This document shows positions 29,284 through 37,935 of a DNA stretch of 64,000 nucleotides, piece by piece. The stretch's first letter is position 1, and each line of letters starts with the position of its first letter. The DNA comes from Candidatus Krumholzibacteriia bacterium. Its GTDB lineage: Bacteria > Krumholzibacteriota > Krumholzibacteriia > Krumholzibacteriales > Krumholzibacteriaceae. The translations under genes were made by a program, and so were the position numbers. The stretch covers positions 1 through 64,000 of the forward strand of contig CAWIIQ010000006.1 of NCBI GenBank assembly GCA_963836185.1, in the 5' to 3' direction. Below the pieces are notes generated by a model. The model was not told the origin of the DNA. It ran no database searches and worked only from the letters and a program-made list of their open reading frames with translations.

Positions 29284-31128
29284 TCATTCATCGAGGTGCC
29301 AGGAAGCATCGAATATCGTCGGCAGACCGTAAAGGGACCTGATCAGGTTTATCTCGTCTTCTGTCGGAACATTCGTGATCGGTGATGTCCCACCGACCAT
29401 CAGGTGGCCGAGGTCATAGCTGTGCCCGAGCTGGAGAATATGTCCGAGTTCGTGCGCGAATATCTTCCTGCCGACGATCTGTATCGGCGCGACCTGGTGG
29501 TTCGGATATATCCATATCAGCATCTTCGCCGGAGTACCGTCCTCGTTGGTACTGACCAGCTCGATATGATGCTTGTCCTCGTCCCCGGCGTCGTAGATTA
29601 TCTCGACATCGGCGGTTCCGGGCTCGTCTACTGTCACAAACAACTCGTGCCCCGTCAGGTTGTTCCACGAGTCTATCGCAAGCCTCGCCAGCTCCTGGAT
29701 GTCGACCCCCTCCCATGAGAACGGGGGACTGTATACCGTCACCGGAAAATGATCCCAGTTCCTGAAGATCGTAGGCTTACCGTACAGCCCCTTCGTGTCG
29801 GTCATGTGCCTGAAGAAGGTATAGAAGTTTTCATCGTAGGTGCCTGACATCACGTTCACCATGTCGAAATACGGCATCATCGAGAGATCTTCGCTGAAAT
29901 GCCAGTCCAGGCCCGACAGAGGTATCGATATATCGTAGTAGTCACCCTGGTCGCTTACATCTTCCTCGTCCCTGAACATTAAAAAATCGCCGGACAGGTC
30001 ATTCCCCGCGAACATGTAGTACCCATCAGCCGTTGATATCCAGATATCCTCGCCCGAGGAGACGATAATTCCTTCGAGGGCTGCTCCCGTACACGCATCG
30101 GTGATATAACCATCTACCACGCCGTCCCCCCGCACAAGCACCCTGATGCAGTTGCCGATAAATGACATGTTACCGAACTCATCGACCGCTCTTGCCGTCA
30201 CATAGATCCAACTGCCCGGATCAAGATCCCCGACGATCATTTTCTCGGTCGTCCCGGGCAGATCGGGCGACGGCTCCCCCTCCACCCACGATGCCTCTCC
30301 CCAATCATACTCATTGGATATTTTCAAGGCATGTGTCCTGATCAGGTAACATGTCGCCCTTCCTTCCAGAGCGTCGTCGCCCGTCGCAGTCCACTGGAGA
30401 CTGATCGTCCCCGGTGCATCCCCGACCCAGCCGGCCAGGTCGGTGATCCGGGCAGGCGCGACACTGTCAGACTCTTCCCCGACCATCACTACCCACGAAA
30501 TAGTGTCCCCGTATTCACCGTCCCAGACCAGGCCGGTTACATCGAAGAGACCGTACTCCATGAACTCTATCTGAACCGAAGGATCCTCGCTCATGAACTC
30601 TTTCGGTTCTCCATCCTTATAATACGAGAAGCGCAGAAATTCGGGATGGTCATCCTCGACCTCTATCATGAATCCAAGCGATGAGCCCGCGTGCACAGCG
30701 ATGTAGTCCTGGTCCGGCGCGTACCGGACGATCAAAGGCGGTCCGTTCTGTCGCGCGCCTGCGATGACATACCAGTCCCTGACGACAAAATCGGATCTGT
30801 CCTTCACTCTCCCCTGCAGACAGTAGAACCCTGATTCTCCGGGCTTGAACAGATATTCCCGTCCATGACTCAACACCTCCTCGAAAATGCCGTCATCGTC
30901 GACAAGAGCATAGCTGTAGAAAAGTTCATCCCCATCCGGGTCGCCTGCGGACAAACTGAACATGATCGAATCGACAGGCGGAGTGATCTCTATGAAGAGC
31001 TCCTGAGGAGAGTAGTGTGTGATATACGGAGGGGAATTCGAGCTCTGAGGATCAGCCTCGAAGATGCAGGACTGAAATGCCGTCATCGACAACAGCCATG
31101 AAACGACTGCCACGGAGGATCTTGTCAA
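29284..31128 (-). CDS. Paralogous multidomain metzincin lipoprotein (copy B)
   Basis: Same architecture, with FQSC and HELGHILQLGH. TTG start at 31128 with GAGGTG RBS. Confidence 0.75.
   Translation of the reverse strand: MTRSSVAVVSWLLSMTAFQSCIFEADPQSSNSPPYITHYSPQELFIEITPPVDSIMFSLSAGDPDGDELFYSYALVDDDGIFEEVLSHGREYLFKPGESGFYCLQGRVKDRSDFVVRDWYVIAGARQNGPPLIVRYAPDQDYIAVHAGSSLGFMIEVEDDHPEFLRFSYYKDGEPKEFMSEDPSVQIEFMEYGLFDVTGLVWDGEYGDTISWVVMVGEESDSVAPARITDLAGWVGDAPGTISLQWTATGDDALEGRATCYLIRTHALKISNEYDWGEASWVEGEPSPDLPGTTEKMIVGDLDPGSWIYVTARAVDEFGNMSFIGNCIRVLVRGDGVVDGYITDACTGAALEGIIVSSGEDIWISTADGYYMFAGNDLSGDFLMFRDEEDVSDQGDYYDISIPLSGLDWHFSEDLSMMPYFDMVNVMSGTYDENFYTFFRHMTDTKGLYGKPTIFRNWDHFPVTVYSPPFSWEGVDIQELARLAIDSWNNLTGHELFVTVDEPGTADVEIIYDAGDEDKHHIELVSTNEDGTPAKMLIWIYPNHQVAPIQIVGRKIFAHELGHILQLGHSYDLGHLMVGGTSPITNVPTEDEINLIRSLYGLPTIFDASWHLDE
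29320..29954. repeat. ~635-bp direct repeat, copy 2
   Basis: Gapless match to 27348-27982. Confidence 0.9.
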
Positions 31129-31184
31129 TATGCCCACCTCTTCCACAGGTGGCAGAGGGGTCGCCTTACCTGTCGTAAATATAG

Positions 31185-31517
31185 TCAATCGGAGAGGGTT
31201 GCGGTAGTCGATATGAGGAAGCATTCCAGGACTATGTCGAGAGCTCTTACAAGTCCATCCTCATCCGAGACCCTGATCTCTACCGGAGAATCGCAGCCGG
31301 CCGAAACGAGGAACAGTTCACGGTAGGGAGAGACCTTGACGTACATACCCGCAGAGGTGGCAAACCGGGTCTCGAATGGGGCGACATCGACGGTCACGGC
31401 AGGTGAAAACCCGATGATCTCGTCACAGAGAATGGAATAGAGGCGCCTGACACGACTGTCAGATATCCGCAGTCCGTTGCGGCCCGCCGCCTCACACCGA
31501 TCATCAGACCCTGTCAC
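31185..31517 (-). CDS. Small hypothetical protein, third gene of the ParA-CBM48 operon
   Basis: Start overlaps the upstream stop, AGGAG RBS, globular alpha/beta-like composition. Confidence 0.55.
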   Translation of the reverse strand: MTGSDDRCEAAGRNGLRISDSRVRRLYSILCDEIIGFSPAVTVDVAPFETRFATSAGMYVKVSPYRELFLVSAGCDSPVEIRVSDEDGLVRALDIVLECFLISTTATLSD

Positions 31518-32256
31518 AGGCGGCTCCTCTCTTTCTCGAACCGAGCCTCTGAAGTATTTCCCCCGCGAGCCCTGTCAGAAAGGACGAGACGGGGGGTTTT
31601 CTTCTGCTCAAGTCTTTGAGCAGTTCCGCCGGGAAGGGACATGGTTCGATACCCCCTGCCGGCGTTTCCTCTCCTCCGGGAAAGAGAGCCATCGCAGGCC
31701 CGCCGGGAAAAATATCGTCGAATGCGCGCGATATCCCATCGACACTCCCGGGATAAGAGTCAGTGACCGTAAGAAGAAATGCGGGAAGGTCCGCGGGAAC
31801 GGCATCACAGATAGAGCGCAGCTCATCGGAGGCGGCTGTTCCATTCCATTCCAGAGCTATCAGGATCACCCGCAGCCCGGCTGAGGCCGCGTTGTCCTGG
31901 TACCTCAGCAGAGCCGGATCCCTCGCACATCGGATTCTCACTCCTCCTCCGGCATCTGTCTCTACGACCGCCCCTTCGTCAAGTACAGGGCGCAGATAGC
32001 GCTCTGGCCCGAGGGCGAAGTAGTACCCCGCATTGGGAAGGCTTCTGCCTACATCAAGCAGGGTGACAGAAGCGTTCTGTGATCCGAATGCGGCCGCCAG
32101 TCCGGCGGACAGCCAGGCCCTGAGAGGACTTCTCTCCAGAGAGGCAATAAGGATAAGAGCCGTCGAGCCGGAAGATCCCTCTTCCTGCTCCCGTGATGTG
32201 GAGAGATAGAGATGACTTATGTCACTGAGATTTCTGGGCCTCTGTCCCTGGTGCAT
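31504..32256 (-). CDS. Degenerate MinD/ParA-like protein lacking Walker A
   Basis: LSAGLAAAFGSQNASVTLLDVGRSLPN resembles ParA/FlhG NLAxALxxxGxxVLLxDxD, but the P-loop is replaced by SLERSPLR. N-terminus RPRNLSDISHLYLS. Confidence 0.55.
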   Translation of the reverse strand: MHQGQRPRNLSDISHLYLSTSREQEEGSSGSTALILIASLERSPLRAWLSAGLAAAFGSQNASVTLLDVGRSLPNAGYYFALGPERYLRPVLDEGAVVETDAGGGVRIRCARDPALLRYQDNAASAGLRVILIALEWNGTAASDELRSICDAVPADLPAFLLTVTDSYPGSVDGISRAFDDIFPGGPAMALFPGGEETPAGGIEPCPFPAELLKDLSRRKPPVSSFLTGLAGEILQRLGSRKRGAACDRV

Positions 32257-32280
32257 GGCAGTGAGGTCCGGCCAAGGGGT

Positions 32281-33354
32281 TCAGACGATCAGCAGTGAGT
32301 TTTCCTGCCCGAATTCATTGAGGACCGAATCGACGTTCCTGGGATCCTTGATCCAGACACCATCGACTATATACCTGTATTCGTATTCTCCGGGATCGAG
32401 ATCCACGGCGACCTTCCACAGGCCGTCGTCACCATCCCTTTCCATCCTGACCCCTTCACGCGACCAGTTGGTAAATTCCCCTGTCAGGTAAACGCTGCCT
32501 GCAGCGGGCGCATCGATGGCAAAGACAACGCTTCCCGAGACGACACGGGGACCGTGAAGCTTTTCCATCCACTCACCAATGTCGGCAGTATCGATCAGCG
32601 AGCTCCTGTCCTCGAGCTCTCTCGCGAGTGTGAGAAATTCCCATTTGAGCCTGTCGGAGCGCGGGAGCCCGAAGATAGAGACGCCCCTCAGGGACGCTTC
32701 CTTGTATTTGACGGAATGGCTGATCGTCACATCCATCAGTTCCGCTCCGTGATGCTTCTCCAGTTCCAGAACGATATCCCTCGAGAAATTGGTCCTCTTC
32801 TCGATATTGTTGACGAGGATCGACACCGTGACACGGTGCTTGGTCTCGTTTTCCAGCAGTTCGACAGTTTCGCGGAGCTTGCCCACACCCTGCAGCGAGT
32901 AGATACTCGGATCGACGGGGATGACTACCTCGTTTGCCGCCATGAGAGCATTGAACGTGAGAAGGCCGACATTCGGCGGAGAGTCGATAATAGTATAATC
33001 GTAGATGTCATCAACACGGATAAGCTTCGAAGACAGCCTCGTCTCCCTCGCATCACGGCCAGCAAGTTCCTGTTCCACCGCTCCGAGCACAGGCGATGAG
33101 GGTATGACATCGAGATGGTCATCGTAACGGCAGGTCGCGTCTTCGACCATCACGCGCGGATCCCTCAGCAGGTCGTACGTCGTATGATCGACCTCTCGAC
33201 AGGATATATCGAGGCTGAGCGAGGCGTGGGATTGAGGATCCATGTCGACGAGCAGCACTTTCTTCTCGAGCTCCCCGAGCGCAGCAGCGAGATTTACGGC
33301 GACCGTCGTCTTGCCGCAGCCGCCCTTCTGGTTGATCACCGCTATGGTCCGCAT
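32281..33354 (-). CDS. ParA/Soj-family ATPase fused to a C-terminal AMPK-beta-type glycogen-binding domain (CBM48)
   Basis: ParA motifs NQKGGCGKTT, VDMDPQ, IIDSPP and KRTN. C-terminal VYLTGEFTNW..W..LDPGEYEYRYIVDGVW..DP.N..N.FG.ENS. GAGGAGG RBS. Confidence 0.9.
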   Translation of the reverse strand: MRTIAVINQKGGCGKTTVAVNLAAALGELEKKVLLVDMDPQSHASLSLDISCREVDHTTYDLLRDPRVMVEDATCRYDDHLDVIPSSPVLGAVEQELAGRDARETRLSSKLIRVDDIYDYTIIDSPPNVGLLTFNALMAANEVVIPVDPSIYSLQGVGKLRETVELLENETKHRVTVSILVNNIEKRTNFSRDIVLELEKHHGAELMDVTISHSVKYKEASLRGVSIFGLPRSDRLKWEFLTLARELEDRSSLIDTADIGEWMEKLHGPRVVSGSVVFAIDAPAAGSVYLTGEFTNWSREGVRMERDGDDGLWKVAVDLDPGEYEYRYIVDGVWIKDPRNVDSVLNEFGQENSLLIV

Positions 33355-33402
33355 GCTGATCAGCACCTCCTCATCATTTGTCCGTGCTATTGCGTCCTCT
33401 TT

Positions 33403-33436
33403 AAAAAAAAGGTCGAACCGCCCCCGGCGATCCGAC
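33403..33436 (-). terminator. Terminator-like hairpin inside the ParA-CBM48 leader
   Basis: 11-bp stem GTCGGATCGCC/GGCGGTTCGAC (with G-U pairs) followed by T8, ~50 nt before the ATG. Confidence 0.6.
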
Positions 33437-33585
33437 TTCGCTGATCGATCTGAATAAAAATAACGCATGCCCGGATCGGAATCCGATGCTCTCTGCGTGG
33501 TCAGCCCCGTTCCGATCTCATCACCCTTTCTGTCAGTTCCCGGCCGATAACGTACCGGCATGGTTTTATCCGAGTTACAGAAAAC

Positions 33586-33614
33586 ATTCTGTGCTTCGCG
33601 GAATAAGGTGTCAA
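33586..33614 (-). promoter_or_regulatory. Putative sigma70 promoter of the ParA-CBM48 leader
   Basis: TTGACA-17 bp-CAGAAT on the minus strand. Confidence 0.5.
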
Positions 33615-33637
33615 GGGTTTTTAAAGGTGCCGAACGG

Positions 33638-34060
33638 TCAGAACATCAACCAGGCGACGAGCAGTCCGAGCGCGAAACCGCCCGAGACCTCTGCCCATGT
33701 GTGGCCGATCAGTTCGTGCAGTTCCTCGGCGTTGAAATGGTGAGTCTCCCTGACCTTGTCGACGATCTCGTTGAGCACCCTCGCCTGGTTTCCGACCTCC
33801 TGCCGCAGCCCCGTCGCCTCGAATATGAAGTAGAGGCTGATCACGAGGGATATGCCGAAAAGAGGCGAGGAGACACCTTCATACGCCGCGACTCCGGCGG
33901 TCAGAGTCGTCACAACGGAGGTGTGGGAACTCGGCATGCCGCCCGTGTCGAGCATACGGAAGAAATTGAATCCCTTACCCTGGATAAGATCCACGAAGGG
34001 CTTCAGCACCTGTGCGGCCACCGCGCTTACGAGGGCTCCGATCCCTACCTCATGGAGCAT
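33638..34060 (-). CDS. Divergent PAP2 family protein (DUF212)
   Basis: Motifs AQVLK, GGMPSSHTS, GLRQEVGNQARVLN and LHELIGHTWAEV. Confidence 0.9.
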   Translation of the reverse strand: MLHEVGIGALVSAVAAQVLKPFVDLIQGKGFNFFRMLDTGGMPSSHTSVVTTLTAGVAAYEGVSSPLFGISLVISLYFIFEATGLRQEVGNQARVLNEIVDKVRETHHFNAEELHELIGHTWAEVSGGFALGLLVAWLMF

Positions 34061-35667
34061 CGTCGCCTTCTTTCTCCTTCCCGGGTCCTACCCGCCACTC
34101 GTGGAGGTTGTGGTACATGCTTATCGCATCGGGCCTGGCCCCGGTGAATCTCTCATGTAGCGCAAGCAGGGCGTGAGGATTATACAGGAATGTGAACGGC
34201 TGCTCCTCGTAGATTATTTCCTGGGCCTTGAAAAAGAGCGGACGCGCTTCATCGAAATCGAGGATGCCGCATGCGGTGGAATTAAGCCTGTCCACCTCGG
34301 CATTGCAGTAGTCAACCCTGTTGTAGCCGCCTTCCTTCCTCGATTCACATCCCCAGATCGGTTTGAGATCGACCTTTGTCCCGACTCTCCACGCGCTGAC
34401 TATCGCCTCAAAATCAGAGGCCTTGTGCCGCTCGAGCATCACGGTCCACTCGAGGATCAACGGTTCGACTTTCACGCCGATCTGAGCCAGCTGTTCCTGG
34501 ACCATGACCTGGATATCGTTGCGAATCTGGTTTCCCTGGTTGGTCATGACCTCGAACGCGAACCTCTCCCCATCCCGGTCGAGCCAGCCATCACCGTCGG
34601 AGTCGGTGAATCCCTCCTCCTCGAGAATGAGCCTCGCTCCTTCGGGATCGTACGGAAGAGCTTCGATCCCGTCGTTATACGCCCAGAGCTGGGGAATGAA
34701 AGGGCTCGTGCATGCTTCCGCGAGCCCGTAATACAGGTTATCTATGATCATCTGCCGGTCGATCGCCATAGTCATCGCCTTGCGCACCCTGGCGTTCCTG
34801 AACAATGGATGGGCTCCGTTCCAGCCGATATAGATATAGGCTCTCGCGGGAAAATTGAAGACGCGGATACCATAATCTCCCTTGCGAAGCTTGTCGACCT
34901 CCATCGGCGGAAGGCTCTCCATACAGTCGACTTCACCGCTCTTGAGCTGGGTGATCAGGTTGACCTGGTCGGGTATTATCTTGAATACAACGCGGTCGAG
35001 ATAAGGTTTTCCTTCATCGTAGTAATCCTCGTATGGAACCAGCGTGAGAGATCTGTCCCCTGACCCACTCTCCGACGCGAAACGGGCCGTTCGTGGGAAA
35101 ATCCTCGACCTTGAGTCCTCTTATCTCCTGCGGAGTCATGCTCTCGAGCAGATGCTCCGGCAGTATCGGGCCGTCATTGGCGTCCATCACCTGGTAGGGA
35201 TATACATGACTGAAGTGGAACACGACGGTATAGTCATCGACGAAACGCACCTCTTCGATATGCTCCTTGAGGTGCCTGCCGCTCCACACCATCGCGGTGT
35301 CTTTCTGGGCCGTGAAGGTGGCAACCACATCACGCGCCGTAAATCCGACTCCATCGCTCCATACGACATCGTCACGCAGATGGAATGTCAGTTCCCTGCG
35401 GTCGGTCGAGAATTCCCAGGAGGTGGCGAGCCTCGGCGTGAAGGTCAGAAAATCATCGTTCTCGTCGAGAAGAGAGAGGAACATGAGATTATAGATATCC
35501 CTCGCGTGAGCGTCGGTCGTGCTCATCGGGTTGAGCGATTCGTAGGCGCTTATCTCCCCGACGACAAGCGTACCTCCTCTAAGGGATGGTTCCCTGTCTC
35601 CGGCGCATGAAACGAGCAGGACGGCGGCGAGTATCGTAAACATAAAATAGACGGTCTTTCTGGACAT
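34050..35667 (-). CDS. Peptide ABC transporter substrate-binding lipoprotein (OppA/AppA family); apparent +1 frameshift at ~35052
   Basis: Lipobox LVSC, LATSWE..FHLRDDVVWSDG, RVRKAMTMAIDR. Removing one base joins RGQ-SLTLVPYEDYY. Confidence 0.85.
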
Positions 35668-35768
35668 GCTTCCCACCTTCCTTCCGGGTATGATTTTCTC
35701 CTGTACGGGAAATATATCAGCCTTTACGATGGCTGGAAACATAATAGTTCCGATACGGAAGGAGATCC

Positions 35769-36932
35769 GTGCTCACAGGATGCGACATATTGAGCGGTGG
35801 CGGGTACGGGCTGCCGAAGGGAGCGAGGATCGGGCTGCTCGCAAACCAGGCTTCCGTTTCCTCTTCCCTGGACCATACGGCCGGGATGATACTTAGAAGC
35901 GAAGCGGAACTCGCATGCCTCTTCGGGCCGCAGCACGGCCCGTCAGGCGTTACGCAGGCGAACATGATCGAGTGGGAAGGCTATACCGACCCGCAGCTCG
36001 GCATCCCCGTATACTCGCTCTACGGCGAGACGAGATCTCCCCTGCCGGAGATGCTTTCGGGGCTCGATATCGTGGTCGTCGATCTCCAGGACGTCGGGGC
36101 GAGGCCGTATACATATATATGGACCGCCCTCCTCATGATGAGGGCATGCGCGGCAGCCGGTATCGAGATGATAGTCCTCGACAGGCCCAACCCGATCGGA
36201 GGGACCGAAGTCGAAGGCCCGGTCCTGGAAAAGGGATACGAATCATTCGTCGGCCTCTGGCCCCTGCCGCTGCGGCACGGGATGACGATCGGCGAGATCC
36301 TGTTGGCGATAAACGAGTCCGATCCCGATCCATGCTCTCTGGAAGTCGTCAGGATGAGGGGCTGGAAACGAGAGATGCTCTTCCCCGGCACCGGCCTTCC
36401 ATGGGTCATGCCCTCTCCGAATATCCCGACTCCTGATACGGCGCTCGTCTACCCCGGGATGGTCATGCTCGAGGGAACGAACATCTCCGAGGGACGAGGC
36501 ACTACGAGGCCGTTCGAGCTGACCGGGGCACCATGGATAGATCCGATGGAACTGACCTTTGCCCTCGAGTCGGCGGGAGTCCCGGGCGCTGCCTTCCGGC
36601 CGGCCGTATTCAGGCCGACATTTGACAAGTACTCCGGAGATGACTGCGGAGGCGTCCAGATCCACATCACTGACAAGATCTCTTTCAAGCCGATTCTGTG
36701 CGCAGTAGGCGTCATAAAAGCGGTATCGGATCTCTATCCGGACAGCTTCGCCTGGCTCGATCCCCCATATGAATACGAGACTGAGAAACCTCCGATAGAT
36801 ATCCTCTACGGCGGGCCCGGACTTAAGGAATCTATTGCCGGGGGAACGGCCGTCGCCGATATCGTCCTGGAATGGAAGGAACGACTCACGCGGTTCCTCG
36901 AGTCCAGAGCCGGCTGGCTCCTCTACGACTGA
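35769..36932 (+). CDS. namZ: DUF1343 exo-beta-N-acetylmuramidase (NamZ family)
   Basis: Motifs LFGPQHG, YSLYG, DLQDVGAR.YTY, VLDRPNP, RHGMTIGE, SPNIP and SEGRGTTRPFE. Confidence 0.88.
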   Translation: MLTGCDILSGGGYGLPKGARIGLLANQASVSSSLDHTAGMILRSEAELACLFGPQHGPSGVTQANMIEWEGYTDPQLGIPVYSLYGETRSPLPEMLSGLDIVVVDLQDVGARPYTYIWTALLMMRACAAAGIEMIVLDRPNPIGGTEVEGPVLEKGYESFVGLWPLPLRHGMTIGEILLAINESDPDPCSLEVVRMRGWKREMLFPGTGLPWVMPSPNIPTPDTALVYPGMVMLEGTNISEGRGTTRPFELTGAPWIDPMELTFALESAGVPGAAFRPAVFRPTFDKYSGDDCGGVQIHITDKISFKPILCAVGVIKAVSDLYPDSFAWLDPPYEYETEKPPIDILYGGPGLKESIAGGTAVADIVLEWKERLTRFLESRAGWLLYD

Positions 36933-36948
36933 AGAAAAGGATACTTCC

Positions 36949-37935
36949 ATGACCGGCGGAAAAATCGAAGGGATCATTCTGGCGGCTGGAAAAGGCACGA
37001 GGATGCTTCCGCTTACCGGCAAGCTCCCGAAGCCGCTCCTGCCGGTGACCGGGGTGCCGCTGCTGGAGATCCTTGCAGATAAGCTGCTCCGCTCCGGCGT
37101 TTCGAGGCTACATATAAACCTCTTCCATCTCGGAGATATGATAAGGGAATACGCCGGCGGGAAGGACTGGCCCGTCCTGTTCCACGAAGAAAAGGAACTT
37201 CTCGACACGGGCGGCGGTATCGGCAACATGGCCCCCGATCTCAGGGATGCCGATCATGTCCTCCTCCATAACGGCGACATCCTTTCCTCGTTCAGCTTCG
37301 ATGAAGCGCTCGAATATCACATCGGGCGAAAAGCGATGGTGACGATGATACTGATGGAGCCGGAGATGGGCGGGCGCACCCCCCCTGCCGCTGTGACGAT
37401 GAACGCCGGAGGAGATGTCCTCGACATAGGGCCTTCCCCGCCTGCCGCTTCGACAGAGGGGGCTTCCACTGCAATGGGATACACGGGAATGGCCGTCCTC
37501 TCGGGAGACGCGCTCGAATATTTCCCCCGGGAAAAGAAGGGCCTCGTCCCCGTGCTTCTCGAGATGATCTCGCACAGCCCCGGTTCTGTCGCAGGATTTA
37601 ACGCCTCTGCGATCTCATCGTCAGATGAAACGGCCTGGGGGGAGATCGGATCTCCACAGTCATATCTCGACATACACCGCAGGATTATGCTAGAAATGGT
37701 CCGGTTCGATAGGGCCGTTCTTCCTTCGACGGTTCCGCTCAGGACCGGCGAAGGAGCATCGATAGATCCCGGTGCCCGATGGGCTGGATTCCTCGATGTG
37801 GGAAAAGGCGCCCTTATCGAGGGAAACACATTCCTCGAGAACTGCGTAGTGATGGATGGCGCCGTAGTACGAGACGGCACGAGATTGAGTTCAGTGATCG
37901 TATACGATGACCAGGTGCTGGAGGTGGAGAAGTGA
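36949..37935 (+). CDS. Sugar-phosphate nucleotidyltransferase, MurU-like
   Basis: ILAAGKGTRMLPLT..PKPL, LLDTGGGI and HNGD. Adjacent to an AmgK-like kinase. Confidence 0.8.
   Translation: MTGGKIEGIILAAGKGTRMLPLTGKLPKPLLPVTGVPLLEILADKLLRSGVSRLHINLFHLGDMIREYAGGKDWPVLFHEEKELLDTGGGIGNMAPDLRDADHVLLHNGDILSSFSFDEALEYHIGRKAMVTMILMEPEMGGRTPPAAVTMNAGGDVLDIGPSPPAASTEGASTAMGYTGMAVLSGDALEYFPREKKGLVPVLLEMISHSPGSVAGFNASAISSSDETAWGEIGSPQSYLDIHRRIMLEMVRFDRAVLPSTVPLRTGEGASIDPGARWAGFLDVGKGALIEGNTFLENCVVMDGAVVRDGTRLSSVIVYDDQVLEVEK

Noticed and set aside
27348-29954. Repeat pair as a diversity-generating retroelement (TR/VR)
   Set aside because: Mismatches are not adenine-specific, both copies are coding, the repeat is too long, and there is no reverse transcriptase in the window.
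33403-33580. 6S RNA
   Set aside because: The size fits, but I see no long 5'-3' closing stem with a central bubble.
37933-37935. Selenocysteine UGA
   Set aside because: It lies in an inter-domain position with no redox motif and no evident SECIS hairpin.
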